64,000 nucleotides of DNA from Myxococcota bacterium (GCA_041687695.1 JAWLBL010000001.1:387461-451460); one strand, 5' to 3'. Positions 30,301 through 39,941 are shown, counted from the first letter of the stretch. Notes: generated by a model not told the origin, from the sequence alone. Translations and numbers: made by a program.

Positions 30301-32801
30301 ACTGCCAGCCGTGCGGCAGCGACGCCGACTGCGGCGGGCAGGGCGACCGGTGCGTCGCGGTCGGCTCGGACGACGGGCAGTTCTGCGCGCAGCGCTGCGA
30401 CGCCGACGCGCCGTACCTGGGCTGCACGGGCGCGCTGGGTGAGCAGGGGTGCTGCCCGGGCGGCTACACCTGCGAGGCCTCGGGCGCGGACAAGCTGTGC
30501 CGACCAGTGAGCGACTCGTGCCAGTGCCAGCCGGGCGCGGACGGCCTGACGCGGCCCTGCACCCTGGACGGCGCGGGCGGCACGAGCTGCTTCGGCGTCG
30601 AGGCCTGCGGCGACCTGGGCGGCGGCGTGTGGGGCTGGGCCAGCTGCGACACCAGCGCCAACGTCGAGGTCTGCGACGGCGCGGACAACGACTGCGACGG
30701 GCTCATCGACGAGGGCTTCCAGACCGGCGGCCAGTACACCAGCGACGATCACTGCGGGGCCTGCGGCGTGTCCTGCAGCCTGCGGTGGAGCGCCGAGGTC
30801 CACCACGTCTTCGGGGTGTGCGACGCGGACCTGCCGGGCGGCCCGGACTGCGCCATCGGCGGCTGCACGACCCAGGTGGCGGGCGGCGGGACGGCCTGCC
30901 TGAGCGACGCGGACTGCGTCGGCGACCCGGCCGGGGCCAGCTGCCTCGTCGAGCTGGGCCAGTGCGGCCAGCTGTGCGCCGACGACCTGGACTGCGACGG
31001 CGGGGCCTGCGTGGACGGGACGTGCGCCACCGGGTGCGCCAACGACGGCGACTGCGCGGCGCTGTACGGCGAGACGGCGCGCTGCCAGGCCGGCGCCTGC
31101 GTCACCGCCTACCAGTGGGTGGATCTGGACGGCCTGACCGGCAACGGCTGCGAGTGCGCAGCGGCGGTCGACCTGGCGCTCGACGAGCCCGACGTGTTCC
31201 CGACCTATCCGGTCGCCGGCCACGAGAGCTTCGACCGCGACTGCGACGGCCTCGACGGTGACGCCGAGACGGCGCTGTTCGTGTCGGCGGCCGCGGCCCC
31301 GGGCGGCGACGGGTCGCGGCAGGCGCCGTTCCAGACCCTCCAGGCGGCCATCGATGCCTTCGGCGCCGGGGACACGCAGATCCTGGTGGCGACCGGCACC
31401 TACGCCGAGCGCATCGTCCTGAAGAACGGCGTCAAGCTGTACGGCGGCTACAGCCTGGACTTCGCGCGCCGCGACATCGTGCTGCGGCCGACGGTCATCG
31501 CCGGGCCGACCCCGACCAGCTTCGGCGGCGCCGGCTTCAAGGCGGGGACCGTCCACGCCGACGGCATCACCAGCGAGACCGTGGTCGCCGGCTTCACCAT
31601 CCGCGGCTACGACGTGGGCGGCGGCGCCGGGTCGTACGGGCAGCCGTCCATCGCGGTCTACACCCGGGCGTCGAACGCGGCGCTGCGGCTGGTCAACAAC
31701 CGCATCCTCGGCGGCCAGGGCGCGCCCGGCGCCCCGGGGGTCAGCGGCCAGTCCGGCGCCGCCGGCGGCAACGGCGCCGACGGGCTGAAGTCGGCCGAGT
31801 GCGAAGACGGTGTGACCTGCTCGGGCGGCAGCTGCAACGAGCTGAACTGCAGCAACCACCAGCAGCCGGGCGGCGCGGGGGGCGCCAACGCGGCGTGCGC
31901 GACGAGCGCGATCGCAGGCTGCCCAGGCATGGAGGCCGAGGGCAGCGAGAGCACGCAGGTCAAGGACGACCCGCCCGCCGGGTGCACCTATGGGCCAGGT
32001 GGGCAGAAGTCGACCTACCAGGGCGGCCCGAGCGAGCTGTGCAAGTACGACTGCAGCGTCGGAGGGGTGCTCAACGGCGCAGACGGCGCCGATGGCGGGG
32101 GCGGCTCGGCCGGCGGCGCGGGTGGGGCCTGCAGCGCGCCGTTCGGCTCCCTGTCGAGCCAGCAGTGGGCGGCCGGCAGCGGCCAGAGCGGCGGCGCCGG
32201 GAGCAACGGCACCGGCGGCATGGGCGGCGCGGCCGGCGGCGGCGTCAACAACAACAAGAGCTCGTCCTGCACGGTCGCCAACCGGCGCGGGGATCTGGGC
32301 GGCACGGGCGGCGGCGGCGGCGCGGGCGGCTGCGGCGGCACCGGCGGCGGGGCCGGCGGGTCGGGCGGGGCCAGCTTCGGCGTGTTCATCGCGTCGAAGG
32401 TGAGCGGCGTCGGGCCGACCCTGGTCGGCAACCAGGTGACGCGCGGCCTGGGCGGCAACGGCGGCAACGGCGGCGCCGGCGGCTCGGGCGGCAAGGGCGG
32501 CACCGGCGGCACCGGCGGCCTGGCCGAGTGGCCGGCCTGGTGCGCGGGCCAGGGCGGCGCGGGCGGGCGCGGCGGGGACGGCGGACCGGGTGGCGGCGGC
32601 GGCGGCGGCTGCGGCGGGCCGTCGGTCGGCATCGGCGGGCCCAACATCGGGGGCGCCGGGTACGGGTCGAGCAACGAGTTCACGCTGCCCACGACGACGG
32701 CGACGGGCGGCGCGGGGGGCGTCGGCGGGCCCAGCCTGTCGGGCAGCGGCGCCGGGGCGAACGGGACCAACGGAGGGAGCGCCAATGTCCACTCGTACTG
32801 A
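27390..32801 (+). CDS. Giant Cys-rich lipoprotein (~1,803 aa): MopE-like metal-binding repeats, Stig1-like motifs, DUF1565/beta-helix-like and Gly-rich C-terminus
   Basis: Lipobox LSSAC; seven E.C[ND]G.D[DN][DN]C[DN]G..D repeats; four [HN]CG.CG..C motifs; GDGSRQAPFQTLQAAI...ILVATGTY.E...LYGGY; Gly-rich tail. Confidence 0.85.
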   Translation: MRVVTTRSGGAGGLGGGRTVEKLGRWGAARLALVLTAVMALSSACGDSTTPFQIDEACKDEGRCACTKNTDCPFGQLCVDGVCGVVKAPEDATGADAKVDAAVPDATGPDAEGDTGEPLVEGGFLWPCTLGADCDSGHCVSYGAGGVCTKSCVVECPGGWECKGVSTGPGTVAFLCLPHQDRLCAPCESDDVCGGAGNRCVEVGGEARCGLSCEDRPCPGGYACETVSSLGGEASKQCVPTQGSCECSADNVGAVFPCSVTNDIGTCFGQRACQPDGTPGQCSAATPAVESCNGEDDDCNGFIDDQIPPSACEKTNDFGTCAGQRICLPGGVEVCGAAEPAAETCDGQDNDCDGLTDEDFKDAEGVFSTDAHCGGCGEACGNVFANALSASCQVMAGEDGAPGAPACAIDQCEPGFLKASPTLCVPALHHLCDPCTVDADCVGPGDRCLQLDPTDDRKFCGRDCAEDNAYGEPCPDGYGCQEVTLSGGASSMQCVPVNGSCDCSEGNAGQKKPCLLKNEFGACYGVATCDPAVGWTGCSADAPLEEVCNGVDDNCNGLVDEGQGGAPCSQENEHGACAGTFVCTGAGGLVCTAQAAAAEVCNGKDDDCDGLTDEGFATNLTDETGAVVGLRYDLSNDHCGGCGLPCAAKAPVTEVQCDGSGAAVTCAVLACAPGYYPVQGKACLPVPTGNSCLPCASDAACVGPNDACLDYPDGGFCGRDCTEGSIYSVGEPGDDGYCTGAEGEQGCCPDGYLCGEGGHCRRESGACDCDVDGKLRPCAVSNAQGTCQGVSICVTSGPNAGWQACTAATPEAEVCDGVDNDCDGLVDAADPSVDTSGAPGFPECQNVSDACSGTWTCQDGAEGWGWVCSAREPATESCNGFDDDCDGLTDEDFADASGVLSHIDNCGQCGLDCRLAVAGLATGGDGQPLPGAVACELVGGAPKCVPKQCGAGYAPYPAEAPILCLPLTAANCQPCGSDADCGGQGDRCVAVGSDDGQFCAQRCDADAPYLGCTGALGEQGCCPGGYTCEASGADKLCRPVSDSCQCQPGADGLTRPCTLDGAGGTSCFGVEACGDLGGGVWGWASCDTSANVEVCDGADNDCDGLIDEGFQTGGQYTSDDHCGACGVSCSLRWSAEVHHVFGVCDADLPGGPDCAIGGCTTQVAGGGTACLSDADCVGDPAGASCLVELGQCGQLCADDLDCDGGACVDGTCATGCANDGDCAALYGETARCQAGACVTAYQWVDLDGLTGNGCECAAAVDLALDEPDVFPTYPVAGHESFDRDCDGLDGDAETALFVSAAAAPGGDGSRQAPFQTLQAAIDAFGAGDTQILVATGTYAERIVLKNGVKLYGGYSLDFARRDIVLRPTVIAGPTPTSFGGAGFKAGTVHADGITSETVVAGFTIRGYDVGGGAGSYGQPSIAVYTRASNAALRLVNNRILGGQGAPGAPGVSGQSGAAGGNGADGLKSAECEDGVTCSGGSCNELNCSNHQQPGGAGGANAACATSAIAGCPGMEAEGSESTQVKDDPPAGCTYGPGGQKSTYQGGPSELCKYDCSVGGVLNGADGADGGGGSAGGAGGACSAPFGSLSSQQWAAGSGQSGGAGSNGTGGMGGAAGGGVNNNKSSSCTVANRRGDLGGTGGGGGAGGCGGTGGGAGGSGGASFGVFIASKVSGVGPTLVGNQVTRGLGGNGGNGGAGGSGGKGGTGGTGGLAEWPAWCAGQGGAGGRGGDGGPGGGGGGGCGGPSVGIGGPNIGGAGYGSSNEFTLPTTTATGGAGGVGGPSLSGSGAGANGTNGGSANVHSY

Positions 32802-35800
32802 GGTCGGCGGCGCCCAGGGGCGCCTTGTCATGGTGTGGCGCGCCCTGGTGATGGCGGCGTCTGTGGCGCTCGCGGCGGCCTGCGGGGACGCCACGACCGA
32901 GCAGCGGACCGTCGAGGGGTGCGCGGACGGGGCCTGCCCCTGCGTGTTCACCAGCGAGTGTCCGGGCGCGATGGCGTGCGTGAACGGGGCCTGCTCGGCG
33001 AACGCGCCGGTGCTCAGCGACGCGACGGGCGGCAAGGACGCGGCGGCCGACGCGGCGGTCCCCGACGCGGTCGCAGCGGACGGAGGCGACGCCGGCGACG
33101 GCGGCGCGGGCGAGGTCGACGCTGGCCCCGGGCTGACGCCGTTCGCCGGGTTCTGCGAGAACAACGGCGACTGCGCGACCGGCTGGTGCATCGACGCGTC
33201 GGACGGGGCGTACTGCACGCGCCTGTGCTCCGACGGCTGCCCCGAGGGGTGGGCGTGCAAGCAGGACGAGGGCGCCATCGACCCGGTGGCGCTGTGCGTG
33301 AAGACCAAGAGCACGCTGTGCCAGCCGTGCGCGAACGATCTCGCCTGCGGGGATCTGGGCGACCGGTGCCTGGACATCGGCGGCGGGCGGTTCTGCGGGC
33401 GGGACTGCTCGCTGACGCCGTGCCCGGGCGGCTACACCTGCGAGGAGGTGGCCATCGAGGGCGGCGTCAGCAGCCAGTGCGTGCCGCTGAACGGGACGTG
33501 CGACTGCACGGCCGAGACGGCGGGGACCACCAAGGGCTGCCAGCTGACCAACGCCGAGGGGACCTGCTTCGGCGAGGCGACCTGCGACCCGGGCCTGGGC
33601 TGGGTCGGGTGCGACGCCGAGACGCCGGCGGCCGAGGTCTGCAACGGCGTCGACGACGACTGCGACGGCCTGACCGACGAGGGCATGCCGGCGGGGCCGT
33701 GCACGGTCGAGAGCGAGCTGGGGACGTGCAGCGGGACGCAGACCTGTCAGGGGGTGCTGGGGTGGCTGTGCTCGGCCAAGACGCCGGCCGAGGAGGTCTG
33801 CAACGGCCTGGACGACGACTGCGACGGCCAGGTCGACGAGGGGTTCACCGACGCCGAGGGGCAGTTCGCGAGCGTCGACCACTGCGGCAGCTGCGGGGCC
33901 TCGTGCGTAGCGAAGTTCCCGGGGGCCGCCGAGGTGGCCTGCGACGCGAGCGGGGCGGCGCCCGTGTGCGTGCTGGTGGCGTGCGCGCCGGGGTTCGTGG
34001 CCTACGGCGACAAGAGCTGCATCAGCGAGGACGCGCAGCTGTGCCAGCCGTGCTCGAGCGACGCGCAGTGCTTCGGCGACGGATCGCGGTGCGTGCAGGT
34101 CTCCGAGACCGACCCACGGACCTTCTGCGCGCGGGACTGCAGCGAGGCGGGCGGGCTGTCGACGACGTGCCCGGCGGGGTACGCGTGCACGGCGCTCGAG
34201 GACGGCTCCGAGCAGTGCCTGCCGGAGAGCGAGAGCTGTGACTGCACGGCCGGCAACGCGGGGCAGACCAAGGCCTGCCTGGCCACGAACGACGTGGGGA
34301 CGTGCTTCGGCGTCGAGACCTGCGACCCGGCGGTCGGCTGGACCGGCTGCACGGCGGCGACGCCGGCGGACGAGGTGTGCAACGGCGTCGACGACGACTG
34401 CGACGGGTTCGTGGACGAGGACCTGCCCACGGGCGGGCCGTGCCAGGTCGACAATGACTTCGGCACGTGCGCCGGGACGCTGGTGTGCGGCGGCGCGGCC
34501 GGGATGGTGTGCGACGCGGCGACGCCCGCGGCCGAGACCTGCAACGGCCTGGACGACGACTGCGACGGCGAGGTCGACGAGGGGTTCGCGGTGGCGTTCG
34601 GCGACCCGCCGGTCCTCAAGTACGGCGAGAGCGTCGAGCACTGCGGGACCTGCGGCTACGCGTGCCCGGACATCCCGAACGGCGTGGCGGGCTGCGACCC
34701 GTCGCCCGAGGTGCCGGCCTGCTACGCGGCCGCGTGTGATCCCGGGTACTTCAGCTTCCTGGGGCTGGCCTGCGTGCCGCTGCCGACCGGCAACCAGTGC
34801 GCGGTGTGCGCGAGCGACGCGGACTGCCAGGGGCCGGGCGACCGGTGCGTGGACGAGGGCGCCGAGGGGGCGTTCTGCGGGCGCGACTGCGGCGCGGGCA
34901 GCATCTACGGGACGGACGAGGCGCCGTGCACGGGCGAGGCCGGCGTGCAGGGGTGCTGCCCGGCGGGGAACGTGTGCGCGGACGTGGACGGGGCCAAGCT
35001 GTGCCGGCCGGTGAGCGGCACGTGCGGGTGCATCGAGGACGGCAAGGTCGAGGCCTGCGTGCAGACCAACGCGTTCGGGACGTGCACGGGGGTCAGGACG
35101 TGCGAGCTGGACGGCGCCAGCCCCGGGTGGACCGGGTGCAGCGCGGCGACGCCGGCGGCCGAGGTCTGCAACGGCGTCGACGACGACTGCGACGGCAAGG
35201 TGGACGCGTCGGACGACTCGATGTCGGTGACCAGCACGCCCACCGGGACGGCCGAGTGCGAGACCGGGCCGGCGTGCCAGGGGACGTGGCAGTGCGTGGC
35301 GGGCGGCTGGGCGTGCTCGGCCAAGGCGGCGACGGACGAGGTGTGCAACGGCCAGGACGACGACTGCGACGGGCAGCCGGACGAGGACTTCCTGGTCGGG
35401 GGCCTGTACGTGCACGAGGCGCACTGCGGGGCGTGCGGCTACGCGTGCCAGGCGCTGGTGGCGCACGCCGAGGCGACCGAGTGCGCGGCGCTCGACGGGG
35501 TGCCGACGTGCCTGGCGACCGCGTGCGAGGAGGGCTACTACCCGTGGAACGGCGGGCGGGCGTGCCTGCCGCTGCCGGACAACCTGTGCCAGCCGTGCGT
35601 GAGCGACGCCGGGTGCCTGGTGCCGGGCAGCCAGTGCATCACGGCGGGCGCCGAGAAGTTCTGCGGGCGCAGCTGCGCGCCGGGGTCGCCCTTCGGGACG
35701 GGCTGCCCGGACGGCTACGCGTGCCAGGCGGTCGGCGGCGGGCAGCAGTGCGTGCCGGTCAGCGGGTCGTGCGTGTGCGCCGAGGGGACGGTCGGGCTGG

Positions 35801-37842
35801 TGCGGTCGTGCGCGGACGGCGGGTGCATCGGGCTGCAGACCTGCGTGGACCAGGGCGGCGGCGTGTACGGGTTCACCGCGTGCAGCGCCGAGGGGGTCAT
35901 CCCCGAGGTGTGTGACGGGGTCGACAACGACTGCGACGGGCAGGTCGACGAGGGCTTCGTCGGGCCCGGCGGCGGCTACACGTCGGACGAGAGCTGCGGG
36001 GTGTGCGGCAACAACTGCCTGCTGCGCTTCACCGAGGCGGTGCACCACGCCGTCGGCGCCTGCGACGCCGGGGCCAGCCCGCCGACCTGCCAGATCGCGC
36101 AGTGCACGCAGGTGGTCGAGGGCGGGACCACCTACGAGTTCGTGGACGTCAACGACGTGCTCGACGACGGGTGCGAGTGCAAGCGGGTGGCGGGCAACCT
36201 GACGGTGGACCCGCCGGACCCGGACGGCGTCGACGAGAACTGCGACGGGGTCGACGGGGTCGCCGACCACGCGCTGTTCGTGCGGTCGGGCGTCAGCGCG
36301 TCGGGCGACGGCTCCCTCGAGGCGCCGTTCGCGACGGTGAACCAGGCGCTGGCCGCCTTCGGCGCGTCGGGCAAGGCCTACATCCTGGTGGCCGCCGGCG
36401 TGTACGACGAGAACGTCGCGTTGAGCGAGGGCGTGGCGCTGTACGGCGGCTACGCGCCCGACTTCGCGACGCGCAACCCCGAGACCTTCCCGACCGAGCT
36501 GCGCGGGCAGCAGCCGGACTTCGGCGGTGGCACGCCGGCGCACGGCACGGTGCGCGCGGTGGGCATCACCGGGGCCCAGACGGTCGTCGACGGGTTCGTC
36601 ATCGTCGGCTACGACGTGCTGGCGACGGCCGGGGCCGGCCAGCACGGACACGCCAGCTATGCGGTGTACGTGATGGACAGCGACGACAGCCTGGTGCTGC
36701 GCGGCAACGTCATCGTGGGCGGCGCGGGCGGCCAGGGCGGCCAGGGCAGCCAGGGCACGGCCGGGTACGGGGCCACCAGCGGCGGCGGCGGGGCCTTGAA
36801 GGGCGCCAACGGCCTCGACGCGGGGGGCTGCATCAGCAGCTGCACCACCCAGAGCGCCAATGGCGGCGCGGGCGGCGTCAACAGCCAGTGCTCGGGGGCC
36901 AACGGCCACCAGGGCGGCGGCGTGACGTGCCCGGTCTACGACCAGCCCTCGTGGGTGCCGCCCGATCCCAGCGTGGACGGCGGCCCGGGGTACTCGTGGA
37001 CGCTCGACAGCCAGAGCTCGAACAGCTGCGGGAGCCACGCGACCGAGGCCGGCTACCCGGACAACATCAAGCAGCTCAACGGCGGCAACGGCAAGCCGGG
37101 CGCCGACGGGAGCCTGGGCCTGCAGGGCGCCGGGTGCGCGCTGGCGCAGGGCAGCTTCGCGAGCGGCCAGTGGGTGCCCGGGGCGGCGCAGAGCGGCGCA
37201 GGCGGGGCCAGCGGCGGCGCGGGCGGCGCGGGCGGCTCGTCCGGGGGCATCGACTCGGCCGACGCGGCCGACATGCCCGACGGGGTGGGCGCCAAGTCGT
37301 CCAAGCGGTTCAAGCTGGGCGCGACGGGCGGCGGCGGCGGCGCGGGCGGCTGCGGCGGCACGGGCGGCGGGGCCGGCGGGTCGGGCGGGGCGAGCATCGC
37401 GGTGTTCGTGGGCTTCTCGGCGCCGGGCGTGGTCGCGGCGGCGCCGGTGCTCGATGACAACGTGATCGAGCGCGGCGAGGGCGGCGGCGGCGGCTACGGC
37501 GGCTACGGCGGCGCGGGCGGCATCGGCGGCGACGGCGGCGTGGGCGGCGACGCGGACGGCTACTGGATCGACTTCCGGGCGGGCAACGGCGGGCGCGGCG
37601 GGCGCGGCGGCGAGGGCGGCGGCGGCGGCGGTGGCTGCGGCGGGGCGTCCATCGGGCTGGCGGTCGTCGGGCATCCGGCGGGGTGGAGCCTGGGCTACGA
37701 GGCCGACAACGCGTTCGCGTTGGACGAGGCCGTCGAGACGGGCGGGCCCGGCGGGCTGCCGGGACCCTCCGGGCAGGCGAACGCGGCGAGCGAGGGCGCC
37801 ACGGGGGCCTCGGTCAACCAGCTGCTGGTCCCCGCGCCGTGA
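32785..37842 (+). CDS. Giant Cys-rich lipoprotein (~1,685 aa), collinear paralog of upstream gene
   Basis: Lipobox LAAAC; seven MopE-like repeats; four CG.CG..C motifs; GDGSLEAPFATVNQAL...ILVAAGVY.E...LYGGY; GGAGGGAG SD; 17-bp overlap with upstream stop. Confidence 0.85.
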   Translation: MSTRTEVGGAQGRLVMVWRALVMAASVALAAACGDATTEQRTVEGCADGACPCVFTSECPGAMACVNGACSANAPVLSDATGGKDAAADAAVPDAVAADGGDAGDGGAGEVDAGPGLTPFAGFCENNGDCATGWCIDASDGAYCTRLCSDGCPEGWACKQDEGAIDPVALCVKTKSTLCQPCANDLACGDLGDRCLDIGGGRFCGRDCSLTPCPGGYTCEEVAIEGGVSSQCVPLNGTCDCTAETAGTTKGCQLTNAEGTCFGEATCDPGLGWVGCDAETPAAEVCNGVDDDCDGLTDEGMPAGPCTVESELGTCSGTQTCQGVLGWLCSAKTPAEEVCNGLDDDCDGQVDEGFTDAEGQFASVDHCGSCGASCVAKFPGAAEVACDASGAAPVCVLVACAPGFVAYGDKSCISEDAQLCQPCSSDAQCFGDGSRCVQVSETDPRTFCARDCSEAGGLSTTCPAGYACTALEDGSEQCLPESESCDCTAGNAGQTKACLATNDVGTCFGVETCDPAVGWTGCTAATPADEVCNGVDDDCDGFVDEDLPTGGPCQVDNDFGTCAGTLVCGGAAGMVCDAATPAAETCNGLDDDCDGEVDEGFAVAFGDPPVLKYGESVEHCGTCGYACPDIPNGVAGCDPSPEVPACYAAACDPGYFSFLGLACVPLPTGNQCAVCASDADCQGPGDRCVDEGAEGAFCGRDCGAGSIYGTDEAPCTGEAGVQGCCPAGNVCADVDGAKLCRPVSGTCGCIEDGKVEACVQTNAFGTCTGVRTCELDGASPGWTGCSAATPAAEVCNGVDDDCDGKVDASDDSMSVTSTPTGTAECETGPACQGTWQCVAGGWACSAKAATDEVCNGQDDDCDGQPDEDFLVGGLYVHEAHCGACGYACQALVAHAEATECAALDGVPTCLATACEEGYYPWNGGRACLPLPDNLCQPCVSDAGCLVPGSQCITAGAEKFCGRSCAPGSPFGTGCPDGYACQAVGGGQQCVPVSGSCVCAEGTVGLVRSCADGGCIGLQTCVDQGGGVYGFTACSAEGVIPEVCDGVDNDCDGQVDEGFVGPGGGYTSDESCGVCGNNCLLRFTEAVHHAVGACDAGASPPTCQIAQCTQVVEGGTTYEFVDVNDVLDDGCECKRVAGNLTVDPPDPDGVDENCDGVDGVADHALFVRSGVSASGDGSLEAPFATVNQALAAFGASGKAYILVAAGVYDENVALSEGVALYGGYAPDFATRNPETFPTELRGQQPDFGGGTPAHGTVRAVGITGAQTVVDGFVIVGYDVLATAGAGQHGHASYAVYVMDSDDSLVLRGNVIVGGAGGQGGQGSQGTAGYGATSGGGGALKGANGLDAGGCISSCTTQSANGGAGGVNSQCSGANGHQGGGVTCPVYDQPSWVPPDPSVDGGPGYSWTLDSQSSNSCGSHATEAGYPDNIKQLNGGNGKPGADGSLGLQGAGCALAQGSFASGQWVPGAAQSGAGGASGGAGGAGGSSGGIDSADAADMPDGVGAKSSKRFKLGATGGGGGAGGCGGTGGGAGGSGGASIAVFVGFSAPGVVAAAPVLDDNVIERGEGGGGGYGGYGGAGGIGGDGGVGGDADGYWIDFRAGNGGRGGRGGEGGGGGGGCGGASIGLAVVGHPAGWSLGYEADNAFALDEAVETGGPGGLPGPSGQANAASEGATGASVNQLLVPAP

Positions 37843-37956
37843 GGCGGGCGCGGCGCGCCGACCGGGGTGTCGGCGCGTCGCCATCGGGACTGGCTCGCGG
37901 CAGGAAGGTCAGCGCTGGTATGCTCCCGGCGATCCCCCTGGACCGCCGAGGAGCCC

Positions 37957-38346
37957 ATGCCGCACGACCCCGACGAGATCGAAGCCCTCAACGAGCTCGA
38001 CGCGCTGCTGAACGACCGGGACGACGCGCTCGAGGCGCGCTTCCGCGAGCTGGAGCGTGAGCACGACCTGAACCGGATGCGCCGGGGAGGCGACGCGAGC
38101 CGGGGAGGCGACGCGGGCCGGCGCGAGCGAGCGCGAGCGGCCGACGAGGACCCGCTGGCCGATCTGAAGGCGCGCATGGACGGGGGCGGGGGCGCGCGGC
38201 CCTCCGGCGAGGTCGAGCGCGTGGTCCTGGCGCTGTGCCCGCGCTGCGGCGCGAAGAACCGCATCCCGTACGCGCGCGTGGCCACCGGCGAGCCGCGCTG
38301 CGGCGCCTGCAAGGCCGAGCTCATCCACGATCGCCCCAAGCGCTGA
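37957..38346 (+). CDS. Small protein: helical N-terminus plus thioredoxin-2-type zinc ribbon
   Basis: CPRCGAKNRIP....GEPRCGACK at C-terminus; GAGGAG SD before ATG 37957. Confidence 0.75.
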   Translation: MPHDPDEIEALNELDALLNDRDDALEARFRELEREHDLNRMRRGGDASRGGDAGRRERARAADEDPLADLKARMDGGGGARPSGEVERVVLALCPRCGAKNRIPYARVATGEPRCGACKAELIHDRPKR

Positions 38347-38484
38347 CCGGCGGGCGCGGCGCGGAGCGGACGGTGCCGCGAACCCACAGCCATGAGCGCG
38401 CGTCCAGATCCGGGACGCATTCTTCGCTTGGCGCCGCCGTGACGTTCTCGCAGGATGCGCGGCGAACAGCCATCCGGAGCGCTC

Positions 38485-39657
38485 ATGTCCATGATTCCCA
38501 CGGCCGGCCTCCGCGCCGCCGCCGTCGCCGCCGTCGCGTCCGTGGCCCTGCCGGCCATCGCCGCCGAGCCCACCTACGTGCCCAAGGAGATCAAGGCGCG
38601 CGACGCCCGGCCCTTCGGCTGGGACAGCTCGCTCACCCTGGGCGCCACGGTCAGCCTGAGCTCCAACGACGCGGTCGTCGGCAAGCCGGACGGCACCTCC
38701 TACACCTTCGGCCTGACGCTGGTCGGCGGCCTCGACTACTACCGCGACCGCCACGACTGGCGCACGACCCTGCAGGTCGCCGAGGTCTTCACGCGCACGC
38801 CGGTCCTCGACGCCTTCGTCAAGACGATCGACACGCTGATCGTCGAGAGCATCTACTACCACCTGCTCAGCGAGCACATCGGCCCCTTCGCGCGCTTCAA
38901 CCTGGAGACCTCGGTCTTCCCGGGTGAGGACCTGCGCGGGGCCCCCGTCACCTACTCGGTCACGCGCCTCGACGGGACCGTCTTCACCGTCGACGGCAGC
39001 TCGCTCGATCTCACCGACCCCTTCACGCCGCTGTTCCTCAAGGAGTCCGTCGGCGTGTTCCTGCGGCCCTTCGCCGCCAACGAGCTGCGGGCCGAGCTGC
39101 GGGCCGGCGTGGGCGCGCGCCAGGTCGTCGCGACGGACGCGCTGGCCATCCGGGACGGCGACGGGACGCCCGAGATCGAGGTGGTCGAGCTGGACAGCTA
39201 CGTCCAGGCGGGCGCCGAGCTGGCCGCCGTGATGTCGGGCAAGGTGATGGAGGACCGGGTCAGCTGGGAGGCCAAGGCCGAGCTGATGCTGCCGCTCATC
39301 AACGACGACGACACGCGCAGCTCGCTCGATCTGCTCAACGTGCGCCTCGAGGGCCGGGTCTCGTTCAAGCTGGTCGACTGGGCCTCGCTGGACTACGTCG
39401 CGCTGGCGGTCCGCGAGCCGCAGCTGCTGCAGGACTTCCAGCTCTCGCACAACCTGCTGCTGACCTTCGCCTACACCCTGCTCGAGAAGGGCGACGTCGC
39501 GCCGGAGCCGGAGCCGGAGCCGGAGCCCGTGCCGCCGGTCGAGCCCGCGCCGGCCGCCGAGCCCGCGCCGGCCGCCGAGCCCGCCCCGGCCGCCGAGCCC
39601 GCGCCGACGGAACCCGTCGAGCCCGTGGATCAGCAGTTCCCGCCGCTGTCCGAGTAG
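38485..39657 (+). CDS. Probable outer-membrane beta-barrel protein (DUF3078/DUF481-like) with Pro/Glu-rich tail
   Basis: Signal peptide; amphipathic strands (WDSSLTLGATVSLSS, HDWRTTLQ, FVKTIDTL, SLDY, LLLTFAYTL); EPAPAA repeats at C-terminus. Confidence 0.7.
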   Translation: MSMIPTAGLRAAAVAAVASVALPAIAAEPTYVPKEIKARDARPFGWDSSLTLGATVSLSSNDAVVGKPDGTSYTFGLTLVGGLDYYRDRHDWRTTLQVAEVFTRTPVLDAFVKTIDTLIVESIYYHLLSEHIGPFARFNLETSVFPGEDLRGAPVTYSVTRLDGTVFTVDGSSLDLTDPFTPLFLKESVGVFLRPFAANELRAELRAGVGARQVVATDALAIRDGDGTPEIEVVELDSYVQAGAELAAVMSGKVMEDRVSWEAKAELMLPLINDDDTRSSLDLLNVRLEGRVSFKLVDWASLDYVALAVREPQLLQDFQLSHNLLLTFAYTLLEKGDVAPEPEPEPEPVPPVEPAPAAEPAPAAEPAPAAEPAPTEPVEPVDQQFPPLSE

Positions 39658-39700
39658 CGCGTCGGCCTCGAGGGCCATCGCAAAGTCCGTCGAGCGTTGC

Positions 39701-39841
39701 GCGCAGCGAGCTGCGCGATCCACGAGCCCCAGCGAGCTGGGGCAGTCCGTCAAGACACGCCGGCAAGAATCCACCTCAGAGAGCGACGACCGGACTGCAC
39801 GAGCTCGCTCGTGCTCCGGCGTAGCGCGGCTCGCCGCGCTA
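39701..39841. repeat. GGAC-tagged palindromic repeat cluster (REP-like family 2)
   Basis: Hairpins GCGCAGCGAGCTGCGC, GCCCCAGCGAGCTGGGGCAGTCC, GGACTGCACGAGCTCGCTCGTGC, AGCGCGGCTCGCCGCGCT; 28 bp identical to 48665-48692. Confidence 0.75.
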
Positions 39842-39941
39842 GATGCGAGGCGTGGCGAATCCATTGACGACTTTGCGACCGCCCTGCGTCGGCCTCGCTC
39901 CCGTGTTGACGGCAGGCCGCCGGTGGGCTGAATTGCGCGAC

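Noticed and set aside
31700..32800. PE_PGRS or collagen-like assignment for Gly-rich tails
   Set aside because: Low-complexity resemblance only; no PE domain and no sustained Gly-X-Y register.
26808..37884. Huge minus-strand ORFs (2189 aa and 1734 aa)
   Set aside because: Antisense shadows of the GC3-rich Cys-rich genes; no recognisable motifs; stop codons are rare at this GC content.
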